From the NCBI GenBank assembly GCA_951406725.2, contig OX597823.1:106764001-106828000 (forward strand): a DNA stretch of 64,000 nt. Reading direction: 5' to 3'. Below are positions 25,580 through 37,249 of this stretch, one piece after another. The notes under the pieces were generated by a model, which searched no databases, had not been told where the DNA came from, and was given only the letters and a program-made list of their open reading frames with translations. The stretch comes from Octopus vulgaris (Eukaryota). The position numbers and the translations under genes are program-made. The first letter of the stretch is position 1. Every line of letters begins with the position of its first letter.

Positions 25580-26889
25580 ACATCGCGTTAGAACAAATAA
25601 CCTTAGATGCCAAGAACCCTCCTTAAATATCTTAGCTGTCCCTAATAACACTGTTTTCTGGAGCTGTACTAAACTGATTTTTATGTCCATTTCCAGTATC
25701 CAACTGTTCAGATCTTTAGGGAAGTTCCCAATGCGCCTATAATTACTGGGATACATTTCACTCGCACTTACCACAGTCTCTGTAATTCGATGGCTAAGTC
25801 CTGGTACTTTACTATTTTCCTATACCTCACATGATGATTTTTTCATCATTTGTCACTGTAAAGTCAATTATATAATTTATCACTATGTTCCAATCTAGCT
25901 TTCTACGTAAATCCCAGTGGATTATTCTCCCTAAGTTGTCATGTCCTTTCTTGTATTTTATTCTGTGCCACCATGCTAATTCATTTACTATATGAGTAAC
26001 CCTTTCCTCTTTTGATTTGCATAACCTACATTGGAAATCTACTTGGATTTTGTCTATCTTGGCTTTCATCCAATTAGACCTTAATGCTTGAACTTGTGCT
26101 GCTACTAACAAACTATCTGTCTCCCTTTTCAGCCTTTCTTTCTGAAACCATAACCATGTCTAAACTACTACTATTTGCTGCAACTATGTTTGGGAACCTG
26201 CTATGCAAAGCCTTCTCCTGCCAGTCAGATAACTTTTGTTCTTTTCTCTGCTTTTTAACATCGTTTTGTTTGGGGGGCTTCTCTATGTCTTGCTGTGACT
26301 CTAGCAACTCTCAATAAACTTTCTTCACTATTACCTGCATAGGAATCTATATCTACTCTAGCTAACTGCACGCAGTCTTCTGATATTATCTCTCTTCCAC
26401 CTTCCTTTCCAGGCAAGTATAATCTTGCTACTCCTGCACTTAGGTGAAGTCCTCCATTCATATTGATTTCCTTCCTAGTTTTTCTATCTAGCTTTGCTAA
26501 TTCAGCTTTGTCTACTCTGTCAGAGCTGCTGGGTAGCTATGTAAATATACTACCCAGGTATTTACAGCCTTTACTAGATTCGAACCATTTAGCTTTGATT
26601 TCATTAGCTTCCTTACCTTTCTGATGAAATATTCCTCAATTTTCGTTTTCATTTCTATAGTTAGTACCCTGTCACATTCTAATATTCCTAGATACTTATA
26701 ACTCTCTCCTTCTTTTAATGTCTGGTCATCTGGTAATTGGATGCCTTCGCTGTTGATTACCTGTCCCATTTTCATTACTAATATTGCTCACTTATCTATG
26801 CCAAATTCTATGCCTATATCTTTGCTGGAGAGTTTTACGCTCTCTATTAAGGAATCTATCTCTTTTTCGTTCTTACTAAAAATCTTCAG
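25580..26889 (-). pseudogene. 5'-truncated R4/Dong-like RLE LINE (RT thumb, CCHC, endonuclease remnant)
   Basis: LKIFSKNEKEIDSL...DIGIEFGIDK, YKYLGILE, SKLNGSNLVKAVNTW, RLYLPGKEGGR, AAQVQAL, CRLCKSKEERVTHIV, HDNLGRIIHW, LQKTVLLGTAKI; (TAA)n arrays on both sides. Confidence 0.9.
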
Positions 26890-26908
26890 ATTATTATTAT
26901 TATTATCA

Positions 26909-26985
<77 letters not shown>

Positions 26986-27150
26986 GTTGTTGTTGTTGCT
27001 GTTGCTGTTGTTGTTATCATTATTATTATTATCATTATTATTATTGTTGTTGTTGTTGTTGTTGTTATTATTATTATTATCATTATTATTATTATTATTA
27101 TTATTATTGTTGTTGTTGTTGTTGTTGTTGTTATTATTATTATTATTATT
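26890..27150. repeat. (TTA)n/(TTG)n microsatellite
   Basis: Direct inspection. Confidence 0.95.
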
Positions 27151-27151
27151 A

Positions 27152-27300
27152 AGGCGGTGAGCTGGCAGAATCTTTAGCACACCGGGGAAAATACTTAGCG
27201 CCGAGGCTAACTTTCCATTTCATCCTTTCGGTGTCGATGAATTAGGTACCAGTGAAACACAGGGGTCGATATAATCGACTACTCCCCTCCCAACAAAATT
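27152..27300 (+). mobile_element. SINE family A with internal deletion
   Basis: GGCGGTGAGCTGGCAGAATC...CTTAGCG joined directly to CCGAGG...CATCCTTTCGG. Confidence 0.85.
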
Positions 27301-27348
<48 letters not shown>

Positions 27349-27349
<1 letters not shown>

Positions 27350-27743
27350 GGCGACGAGCTGGCAGAATCGTTATCAGGCCGGGCAAAATGCTTAGCGGTA
27401 TTTCGTCTGTCGTTACGTTCTGAGTTCAAATTCCGCCGAGGTCGACTTTGCCTTTCATCCTTTCGGGGTCGATTAAATAAGTACCAGTTACGCACTGGGG
27501 TCGATATAATCGACTTAATCCGTTTGTCTGTCCTTGTTTGTTCTCTCTGTTTGTTCCCCTTGTGGGTAGTAAAGAAACAGGTATTTCGTTCTGAGTTCAA
27601 ATTCCGCCGAGGTCGACTTTGCCTTTCATACTTTCGGTGTCGATAAATTAAGAACGAGTTGCGTATTTAATTTGCATACTGGGGTCGATCTAATCGACTG
27701 GCCTCCTTCCCCAAAATGTCGGGCCCTGTGCCTAGAGTAGAAA
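27349..27743 (+). mobile_element. SINE family A, full copy plus tandem partial repeat
   Basis: Full unit to GTAGTAAAGAAACAGG, then re-entry at GTATTTCGTTCTGAGTTCAAATTCCGCCGAGG with an alternative 3' tail. Confidence 0.9.
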
Positions 27744-28221
27744 ATATTATTATTGTCATTGAATTTATATTTAAAATCGGTGAGTTAGCAAAATCGTGAG
27801 TGGCATATCATCCTGCTTTTTATGTTTTAAGTTCAAAAACCGCCGAAGCCCACCTTGCATCTTATTCTTTTGAGGTCTATAAAATAAAGTACTAATCATT
27901 GTGATCGACTTGCTCCATCCCTCAACATTTCTTCTCTCGTCCCAAAATTAGAAAGGATTATTAGATTTATATTAGCAACCACCTTTGCAATAGCAGTCGG
28001 TAAGAATACTCCAGAACACTGAGGTACTGACATACTTTCAATTCTTGGTTTATGCAGTTAACATCACGGGGGCTGATATAATAATTCACATCTTTTATTA
28101 CAGCTCAAATACTATATATTCTTGCTGTTTAAGAACGGGAGAATCCTGATAAAGTGCGTCAATTCTTCAACGGCATTCCAACCATGACCTTCCTGTCGAG
28201 TTAAAAGTATCTACGATTATA

Positions 28222-28603
28222 AATTTCTTTACTACCCACAAGGGGCTAAACACAGAGGGGACAAACAAGGACAGACAAAGGGATTAGGTCGATTACATCG
28301 ACCCCAGTGCGTAACTGGTACTTAATTTATCGACCCCGAAAGGATAAAAGGCAAAGTCGACCTCGGCGGAATTTGAACTCGGAACGTAACGACAGACGAA
28401 ATACGGCTACGCATTTCGCCCGGCGTGCTAACGTTTCTGCCAGCTCGCCGCCGTTTTTCTTTCTTTTTTCTTTTTTTTTTTTGGAGCAACGTGAAATGAA
28501 GTGTTTTGCTCAAGAACACAACGCGTTGCCCGGTCCAGGAATCGAAACCACAATCTTACGATCATGATGCTGACACCCTAACCACTAAGCCACGCGCTTC
28601 CAC
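28222..28603 (-). mobile_element. Composite SINE: family D head, A-rich linker and full family A unit, bounded by a 15-bp TSD
   Basis: GTATCTACGATTATA at 28207-28221 and 28604-28618; D head at 28603-28483; A unit at 28453-28222. Confidence 0.85.
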
Positions 28604-28957
28604 GTATCTACGATTATATTATTCTAATGTATCCTTTCCTACATTGAAATTATAGTGTGATTTGAGGGAAACTTGATTGCCATCTCTATTAAGTTGAGAA
28701 ACCATGTGACGGGTTGGGCACCCCCTCCCTCCCCGCTCTCAGTCTTGTGTTTATTTGTAAATCATTTGGCATTGATCAGAGTTATATATTTCAGTTTTAA
28801 ATAGAATTCCCTTCATTCACTTCACCGGTTCTCATTGGGAAAGGCTTGAACACTACAACGTTTCGCAAAATTTCCGCTCCATAAATTTGATAATAATCCA
28901 ATTACGCTACTGTCCCTTGAAGACAGCTTACTGAGCTGCTACCGCCGTTGTTACTGT

Positions 28958-28990
<33 letters not shown>

Positions 28991-29281
28991 AACTACAACT
29001 GCTGCTGCTGCTGCTGCTATTAATACTACTAGCAGCATTAGCATCATCATCATCATCAGCAGCAGCAGCAGCAACAGTAGTAGTAGTAATAGTAGTAGTA
29101 GTAGTAGAAGTAGTAGAGCTAACCCATTAACCCACTCTCCAGTTTTTAGTCTCTCCTCTGCAAAACACTCACCACTAACCTACAAACCCAAATCCTTCAT
29201 CATCTCACAGACAAACTCACTATTAACAAATCCAGACGTAGACACAGCAGGCAGAGTAAAGCACCCGACCGTCTTACTCAC

Positions 29282-29345
29282 CTGCCTAGTTACCCACTTA
29301 CTTCCGCTGAACGGTTTCGATTTTCAGTCTCTCCTCAATCTATTT
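29282..29345 (-). other. Candidate non-coding first exon
   Basis: Consensus donor CAG|GTGAGT at 29282/29281, about 90 bp downstream of a TATATA element; start position inferred. Confidence 0.4.
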
Positions 29346-29369
29346 ATTAAAGACTATCATGACAAAAAA

Positions 29370-29481
29370 ATATATATCAGGTTTGTTTATGTCACGTGAT
29401 TGGATTCCCCGGATTTTCTTTTCTGGTTTTTGTTTTTGTTTTCCCTTTCTTGATTTTCTTTGCCCTCCCCCCGCCCCGCCG
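29370..29481 (-). promoter_or_regulatory. Pol II promoter-like motif cluster
   Basis: In minus-strand order: GC boxes (29467-29480), NF-kB-like GGGGAATCC (29402-29410), CCAAT (29399-29403), E-box GTCACGTGA (29391-29399), TATATA (about 29371-29377); ETS CGGAAGT at 29300-29306. Confidence 0.5.
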
Positions 29482-30399
29482 ATCGCTTGGAGTTTAAAGT
29501 AAGATGAAGTAAACGGTTGACTGACTCTCTTAGAGTCAGCAGCCGCAGCAGCAGCAACAACATCAACAACCGTTGCAAAATTAGCAACAACAACAACAAC
29601 AACAACAACATTAGCAGCAACAAGCAGTTTCCATTAACAGCAACTCAGCAACAACAACAACAACAACAACAGCAACAAGGAGTTGCGACACGAGCAGCCA
29701 ACATTAGCAGCGAAAACAGGGGAGAGATCTACTTGATCGCTTGCTTTGCTAAAAATAGCAGCAAGGTCGTCAAATCACACCGAAACGTCTGAAATAATGA
29801 AAGCCACAGGGGATATTGCTGAAGCAAAGCGTACACTTCGAAAAGGGAAGAGGGTGTCACCATTGGATTGTCATTGATCATAGTGGTCATCGTGTTTCTC
29901 GTTCCTGTCATGAAAGCACAATATACACATCAAGCACTCTGAAGCATTAAAAAAACCCGTCTACTGGGGCGGCTCCCAGCCCTCGTTTCCTTTGAGCTAA
30001 GCCTTGTGATTAAGATAGAAACGAGGCTAATAACCAACAAGACATAAATTGATAGTAACGATAAATGATGATGATGATAATGATGCTGATGAGGTGGAGG
30101 CGGAGGAGGAGAGCGAGGATTTAGGCAAAAGGCCAGCAGTTTTATGAAGATAGAAGCTTAATCGATGTTATTGCTTCCAGTACTTAACTGATATTTTATT
30201 TCATCAACCCCCAAAAGATGAAAGACAAATTTAATCTTGGTGAAATTTGATCTCAGAGAGTTGAGATTCGGAAGAAATATTGTGAACCATTTTTCGCGTA
30301 GCCCTAATGGCTCGGCAAGCTGTTCGTATTTATTGGTTCTGATTTAAAAGATCTAGGTCTAAAGGAAGGGAATTGACCGATAACCTCTTCCCCAGTATT

Positions 30400-32060
30400 T
30401 GAGTAGTACTTTACACGGATATCTTCCTTTCAGTGTGTTTATGAGTGAGACTTGCCATTTTGCTCGTAACTTTTCTCGGAGAACTGGGCCGAACCAAGCC
30501 CCAACTAATTTAGCAAGACCGTCTTCTAAACGTCGCATGGCGTTTGTTCAACGGTACGGAATTGTTTGTTTAGATGCCAAGTAGCAACCTCTCGACTAAT
30601 CTGAATTAATCTCTGTTTCTGTTACCGCCTCGTATTTCTTTAGAGCGCACCTAACCAATACGATTTCCAGGATATCTTGAATATTACAAGACGCCATCAC
30701 ATAAGAGGGTGGGCTGAAAATTTCATAGACTGACTATGAAGGGGTAAATCTGGAGCTACGACAGCTTGCACATGTTAATTTCAACCCTTCTTATTAAGAA
30801 CTGCATTGATTCTTTCTAAGTAAACTTACACCTGACTGTTCAAATAAGACTTCAAAAGTGACTGGGAACAAGTTCTCATGAAAGTGGACAAAATTTAGGA
30901 TCGTGGTGTTAACAAGTCCCCGCAGAAAAAAAGCCTTAGCCACCAAGGACATTCGTGCTGCATTAGGAGATGACGCACCTGCTTTATCAGTGGTGAAAAA
31001 TTGGACAGCTAAGTTTAGGAGGGGAAAGAAGAATCTTGAAGATGACCCAAGATCCGGACATCCTTCAATTGTCACCACCAAGGAAAAACATTGATCGTGT
31101 TTGTCATATGGGGATGGATGACAGACGATTGACTATGAATCAAATAGCCAATGCTATTTGCATATCTCATGAATGAATCGAGAATATTCTGCACGGTGCA
31201 TTTGACATGACGCGGGTTTCAGTTCAGTGAATGCCACGTTTTCAGATGAAAGCGTCTTCAGCAACGGGACCCGAGCACTACAACACCAATGGAAGAAGTG
31301 TGTGAAACGCAAGGGACTCTATGTTGAAAACTAAATCTTATTCGGTCATATTCCATTAGAATATCTTGGCCAGCCTATGAATTTTTCAGCCGACCCTTAT
31401 ATGCTATCATGGCTATTCTACGTCTCTGCTTGAACGGGGTACCTCTTAACCCCTCCAGATATGGCAGTAGTGGTTTCAGAATCAAGTACATACGGAAGGG
31501 ATGAGAGAGAACATTCTCAGCGGACCAACCGCGTGATTCAAATCAGTGGCTATTTAGTGAGATTTCACTGCAGATCCTACAATATATTGAAGAGACCCGG
31601 AATTTGAAAATGGTAATGAAACCAGTACCTTTGAGGATAACTGTTAAGTAATTTTGGTCAATCCTTCGACTGATCCAAAGTCGATCAGGACACAACCGTT
31701 GTTACCTGCCATTTCTACGATGTATCGCAACAGGTGGAGTATGTTACAAATATATCTGATCGGGATCGAGTAGCTTTACACTTCGTGACCAAGCTAACAA
31801 CAAGAAACATCAACTTTTTTACTAGCATCTTGGTCAAAATCTTAAACTCTGCATTCAGTATGATTTATGTGCTAGAATATTGTCAATATGGTTCCCGTCT
31901 TCCATCGCCCTTCTTCAGCAAAGCTACTATTTCTCAACAGAAAATTGTCCCGTTCTGTTGTCAGTTACAGCTGACATACATTTATACCATTCCTTGCAGT
32001 GCTATATACAGTTATTCCCCTCATCTGCTTTCGTTAACAGCTTAGTGAACTGAGCCAGGG
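30400..32060 (-). pseudogene. Decayed L1/Tx1-clade ORF2 reverse transcriptase, interrupted by a mariner
   Basis: VALLKK...HIDN, ILNAEFKILTKML, NILHLLRYIVE, VLIDF...IDQNYL, AY|(A)DGV (YADD box), KKYEAVTETEIN, LVGAWFGPVL in canonical order. Confidence 0.8.
30704..31399 (+). mobile_element. Internally deleted mariner (irritans-like)
   Basis: TIRs AGGGT(G/C)GGCTGAAAA(T/A)TTCATAG(A/G)CTG and TA TSD; N-terminal LGDDAPALSVVKNWTAKFRRG...EDDPRSGHP and DRRLT fused to C-terminal ALQHQWKKCVKRKGLYVE; catalytic core missing. Confidence 0.9.
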
Positions 32061-32716
32061 ACGAAACAACACCCTTTACATATACGCACTTAAGTGTTAG
32101 TGACATAATACAAACTATCAAACCTTCAACAAGGAATGCGATACTTTATTAATTCGACAAAATGTGACACAAGAACACCATTGTAATAATTCCTATTTCA
32201 GTCCAATGCTTATTTTGTGATTGGAATACCTTTGGGAAAATAGGGTATCAAGGTTTCATCGCTTAAAGGATTGTACAGTAGCATTCTATTGGAATATTTG
32301 ATATGAAATTTCATTCCGTTATGTGTTACAAGACATGTGTTAGTAAGATCTTATTATGAGGTGGATTTTCTTTATTCGGTGGAACTTACCAAGCACAAAA
32401 CCCCCATTAACGCTATGTGAGTGACAGACAAACAGACGGACAAACACACACACACACACAATACACACACGCATGCACACACACACACACACAATACACA
32501 CACGCATGCACACACACACACATACACACACGCATGCACACACACACACTTAGTTTCGCAGGCACATGTAAACAGAAACCAAATATTCCTAGAATGATAT
32601 ATCGTAGAAATAAAATATGAAAAAAGGCGGTTCTTGTTCACTAAAGCCGAAAGAGTGTATACATACCTTTATATGTATATCCAAACACACGCACATACAC
32701 ACACACACCATGTATA

Positions 32717-32777
<61 letters not shown>

Positions 32778-32782
<5 letters not shown>

Positions 32783-32987
32783 TAATCCAAACAAGAAAAC
32801 AAAAACAAAAAAACAACAACGCAAGGACGTGGAACAAATAAAGTATTATTGGACGCTCAGGAAAGAAGGGAAGAAGGAGGGTTTGACGTTTCGAGCGGAG
32901 CTCTTCGTCGGAAACATAGGAGAAGGATAGATCCCGAGAAGGGAAGACAGGGGGAAAAAATCGCTAGTGATACAGACGAGGTCACAT
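32778..32987 (-). mobile_element. Penelope-like terminal fragment in (TA)n carrying a minimal hammerhead
   Basis: Bounded by TA arrays; contains the hammerhead at 32881-32915; 3' end TTTTCTTGTT...ATTAACTTT shared with 40790-40972. Confidence 0.6.
32881..32915 (-). ncRNA. Minimal type I hammerhead ribozyme motif (U4C variant)
   Basis: GUUU-CCGACGA-a-GAGC-ucc-GCUC-GAAAC-GUC-AAAC: stem I GUUU/AAAC, stem II GAGC/GCUC, palindromic ACGU stem III, GUC cleavage triplet. Confidence 0.65.
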
Positions 32988-33014
32988 ACTATATATATAT
33001 ATATGTAGATATAG

Positions 33015-33076
<62 letters not shown>

Positions 33077-33099
33077 ATGTGTGTATATATATGTGTATT

Positions 33100-33165
<66 letters not shown>

Positions 33166-33419
33166 TGTGTGTGAGTATGGAGAGAGTATAAAGAATGATT
33201 ATTATTAAATGGCGCAGTCAGATTTCGACAATTGCGAACAAATGGCTGCTGCTCTTTTTTCTGCAGATAGTGTATGTATGTACTTATGTATGTATGTATG
33301 CATGTATGTATGTATGTATGTATGTATGTATGTATGTATGTATGTATGTATGTATGCATGTATGTATGTACATACTTATGTATGTATGTATCTATATGTG
33401 TCTATTTAATAATGGATTA

Positions 33420-33570
33420 GAATTTTAGTAATTTTAGGGGAGGGGATGACTAGAATACATCGACCCCAGTGTTCAACTGGTACTAATTTTATTGACCCCG
33501 AAAGGATGAAAAGCAAAGTCGACCTCGGCAGAATTTGAACTCACAACGTGAATATGATGAAATACCATAA
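33420..33570 (-). mobile_element. SINE family A, 5'-truncated
   Basis: CATCGACCCCAGTG...GACCCCGAAAGGATGAAAAGCAAAGTCGACCTCGGCAGAATTTGAACTC. Confidence 0.85.
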
Positions 33571-33609
33571 ACAATACATATTTTGTCTTAGTATAAAAAA
33601 ATGAGCAAG

Positions 33610-34007
33610 AGCAAATTTCTGCTCAATACCACAGATTTGCTTGTCACTTGTTTGACCTTAACCAGTTGAGCCTGTCCCTTGGTGACTGGTAATATGTGCA
33701 TCGCCGATCACGAGCAGGAGTAGTGGCGGAGCAACATAGCCATGTGTTGAAAGGAATTCTTTGGGATTGGAATAATTAATTCTGGAAACATGGGTGTTTT
33801 GTTCAGCATCCTTAAACAACCCTCATTCAGGGCCATTTTAAGCGGGTTCAGCTATTCAAACTTAAGACGCCGTTCATCTTGATATAAAGTCTCCATGTCG
33901 CGCACATATGGTTGTGGTGCATGTACCTGGTGTACCCTTATCAGATGGGTTGTCATGATGGGTATATTGGACTTCGTATATTTGTACCCGTGTCACTTCT
34001 TGGTCTC
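33610..34007. repeat. Unclassified probable repeat block abutting an (AAT)n array
   Basis: GC-richer 400-bp block with a sharp microsatellite boundary; single copy in this window. Confidence 0.3.
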
Positions 34008-34740
<733 letters not shown>

Positions 34741-35020
34741 TGTCATGTTAAATCTCATTTAACATTATCCAAGCACGCTGTTTAATACAGCAACAACTAA
34801 TTAAATTGGCAGCCAGCCATACATTAAATTATGTAAATCAGTCCAACTGTTTTACAGACACTTCTACATTTAGTGACTATAAGCTGTTAATAGCTATATA
34901 TACGTATTCCGTATTTGAACGACGTGAGCACGTGACTTTTGTCAATGAATCATTAAATCCAGCTTGATTCGAAAATTCTAAACTAGGTCAAGTCAACTAC
35001 TCCGGTTTTTCTGTCCACAG

Positions 35021-35214
35021 AGAACATAACAACCATCGTTTAAATTTGAGAAAGTTTCATAGCAACAGTTAAATAATATATTTAGTTTACCTTCATATAC
35101 GTTTATAATTATCCATATAAACTGATTAACTGCATGCATAATACAGACAGACTGACATATGTCATGCATTCCTACATTCATCCATGCCGAAGAACAAAAG
35201 TTCAACAATGCGAG
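35021..35214 (+). other. Candidate plus-strand exon (UTR or first coding exon)
   Basis: Acceptor TTTTTCTGTCCACAG and consensus donor GAG|GTAAGT in non-repetitive DNA; several ATGs open to the donor. Confidence 0.3.
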
Positions 35215-35227
35215 GTAAGTTCAAAAG

Positions 35228-35697
35228 GGATGATATTAGCTTGATAAGGCTGCGAGCTGGCAGAAACGTTAGCACGACGTGAGAAATGCTTAGCAGTATT
35301 TCGTCTGTCGTTACGTTCTGAGTTCAAATTCCGCCGAGGTCGACTTTGCCTTTCATCCTTTCGAGGTCTATGAATTAGGTACCAGTTACGCACTGGTGTT
35401 GATATAATCGACTTAATCCGTTTGTTTGTCCTTGTTTGTCCTCTCTGTGTTTAGCCCCTTGTGGGTAGTAAAGAAATAGGTATTTCGTCTGCCGCTACGT
35501 TCTGAGTTCAAATTCCGCCGAGGTCGACTTTGCCTTTCATCCTTTCGAGGTCGATAAATTAAGTACCAGTTACGCACTGAGGTCGATATAATCGACTTAA
35601 TCCGTTTGTCTGTCCTTGTTTGTCTCCTCTGTGGGTAGAAAAGAAATAGATATTTCATCTGTCTTTACGTTCGGAGTTCAAATTCCGCCGAGGTCGA
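35228..35697 (+). mobile_element. SINE family A tandem multimer (about 2.3 units)
   Basis: One head, then the body re-starts twice at (G)TATTTC(G/A)TCTG...GAGTTCAAATTCCGCCGAGGTCGA. Confidence 0.9.
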
Positions 35698-35863
35698 AAC
35701 ACGCATTGAGTCGAACCAGGGGCAGCTGATGAAGGGGAATTTTCCTTGTATTGTTTGTCTTGTACTCTGTTTTTTCGTTGTTAAAAAGAGTCCGTTTCCT
35801 TGTTTGATTTTATGTTTTCGTTTCTCGTTGTGTTCTACGTTTATTTGTGGTGTCCTGTACTCA
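35696..35863 (+). mobile_element. Penelope-like terminal fragment ending at (TA)n
   Basis: GAAAC...GTC...CTGATGAAGGGGAATTTTCCT, then a T-rich tract ending GTCCTGTACTCATATA, like the end of the 7568-7604 arm (GTCCTGTACTTA). Confidence 0.4.
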
Positions 35864-35912
35864 TATATATATATATATGCATGTATATATACATATAGAT
35901 GTAAGTATGTAC

Positions 35913-35945
<33 letters not shown>

Positions 35946-36055
35946 TGTATGTATGTATGTATGTATGTATGCGTGTGTGTGTGTGAGTGTGCAGAGACAA
36001 ATAGAGATTGTTAGGTAGATAGGTTGACAGATATACATCTATTAACGTAGATGTA

Positions 36056-36088
<33 letters not shown>

Positions 36089-36101
36089 GTCGCTCTCCCC
36101 C

Positions 36102-36141
<40 letters not shown>

Positions 36142-36148
36142 CTATATA

Positions 36149-36536
36149 TCTATATATATATATAAACGGCAGTTTGTCTGTGTGTGTTTCTGTGTGTCTG
36201 TTTGGTTGTACCCTCACTCTGACCACGGCTTTCAACCGATTCTGATGAAACTTGACACACACATAGCCCAATGTCATAATTCAAAACTAACGCAGCGAAA
36301 ATTTTGAAAAGTTCCCCCAGTTCTGAAAAAGATCGATAAATTCGACATGGGGTCGACTATCAGAAACACAAACCACAGATAGTCTAGGTGACGCAACTCG
36401 ACCTTTTTAACTATAAAAAAAAACTTTACCATCATTTTTTTCCCCATTTTTTTGCTATTTTTTGGCTATAACTCTCTAAAAATGCTTTATAGTTATTTCC
36501 CTTACAAACCCGAGCAACGCCGGGCGATACTGCTAG
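36149..36536 (+). mobile_element. Non-autonomous Helitron
   Basis: 5' A|TCTATATATA..., subterminal hairpin CCCG-agcaacgc-CGGG (36509-36524), 3' CTAG|T, no TSD. Confidence 0.85.
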
Positions 36537-36558
36537 TATATATATATATATATATATA

Positions 36559-36917
36559 GGCGCAGGAGTGGGTGTTTGTGTGTAAGTATCTTGCTTTCCA
36601 AACACATGGTTCCCGGTTCAGTCCCACTGTGTGACACCTTGGATAGGTGTCTCCTACTATAGCTTCGGGCCGACCAAAGCCTTGTGAATGTATTTGGTAG
36701 ACGGAAACTAAAAGAATCCCGTCATGTATATGTGTATATGTTTGTGTGTCTGTGTTTATGCCTCCACCATAGCTTGATAACTGATGTTGATGTGTTTATG
36801 TCTCCTGCAACTTAGCGGCTCGGCGAAAAGGCCCCATAGAATAAGTACTAGATTTACAAAGAGTAAGTCCTGGGATCGATTTATTCGACTGAAGGTGGTG
36901 ATCCAGCATGGCCGCAG
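36559..36917 (+). mobile_element. SINE family B
   Basis: GGCGCAGGAGTGG...GGTTCAGTCCCACTG...CCAGCATGGCCGCAGT. Confidence 0.9.
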
Positions 36918-36953
<36 letters not shown>

Positions 36954-37249
36954 GAGAGAGAAAGAGGGAGAGAGAGATAGAGAAGGGACTTCCGCACTGT
37001 TCCCTGTTTTTGCCAACCAAATCTTGCAAGGTATTGGACAACCCAAAGAGGTAATGCCTTTGACCCGTAGCCAAATTATCGCATAGTAGGACGCGATCAG
37101 GGGCCAAGGGGCTGACAATAAAAGATGTTTACCAGGAAATCCACACTTGCATCCAGTTGAAAACATCTGTTGTATCATGGAATACCTTACACCAGGAGAC
37201 TTAATTTTAAACGCCCACAAGTCCACATAACTCTGAGAGATATGTATAA

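Noticed and set aside
29517-29792. Poly-N/poly-Q ORF next to the promoter-like cluster
   Set aside because: Starts at TTG, is driven by CAA/CAG repeats, and has no supporting splice structure or domain.
36241-36250. CTGATGAAAC as a hammerhead core
   Set aside because: No room for stem II; it is the CCGATT..GATGAAACTT motif common inside non-autonomous Helitrons.
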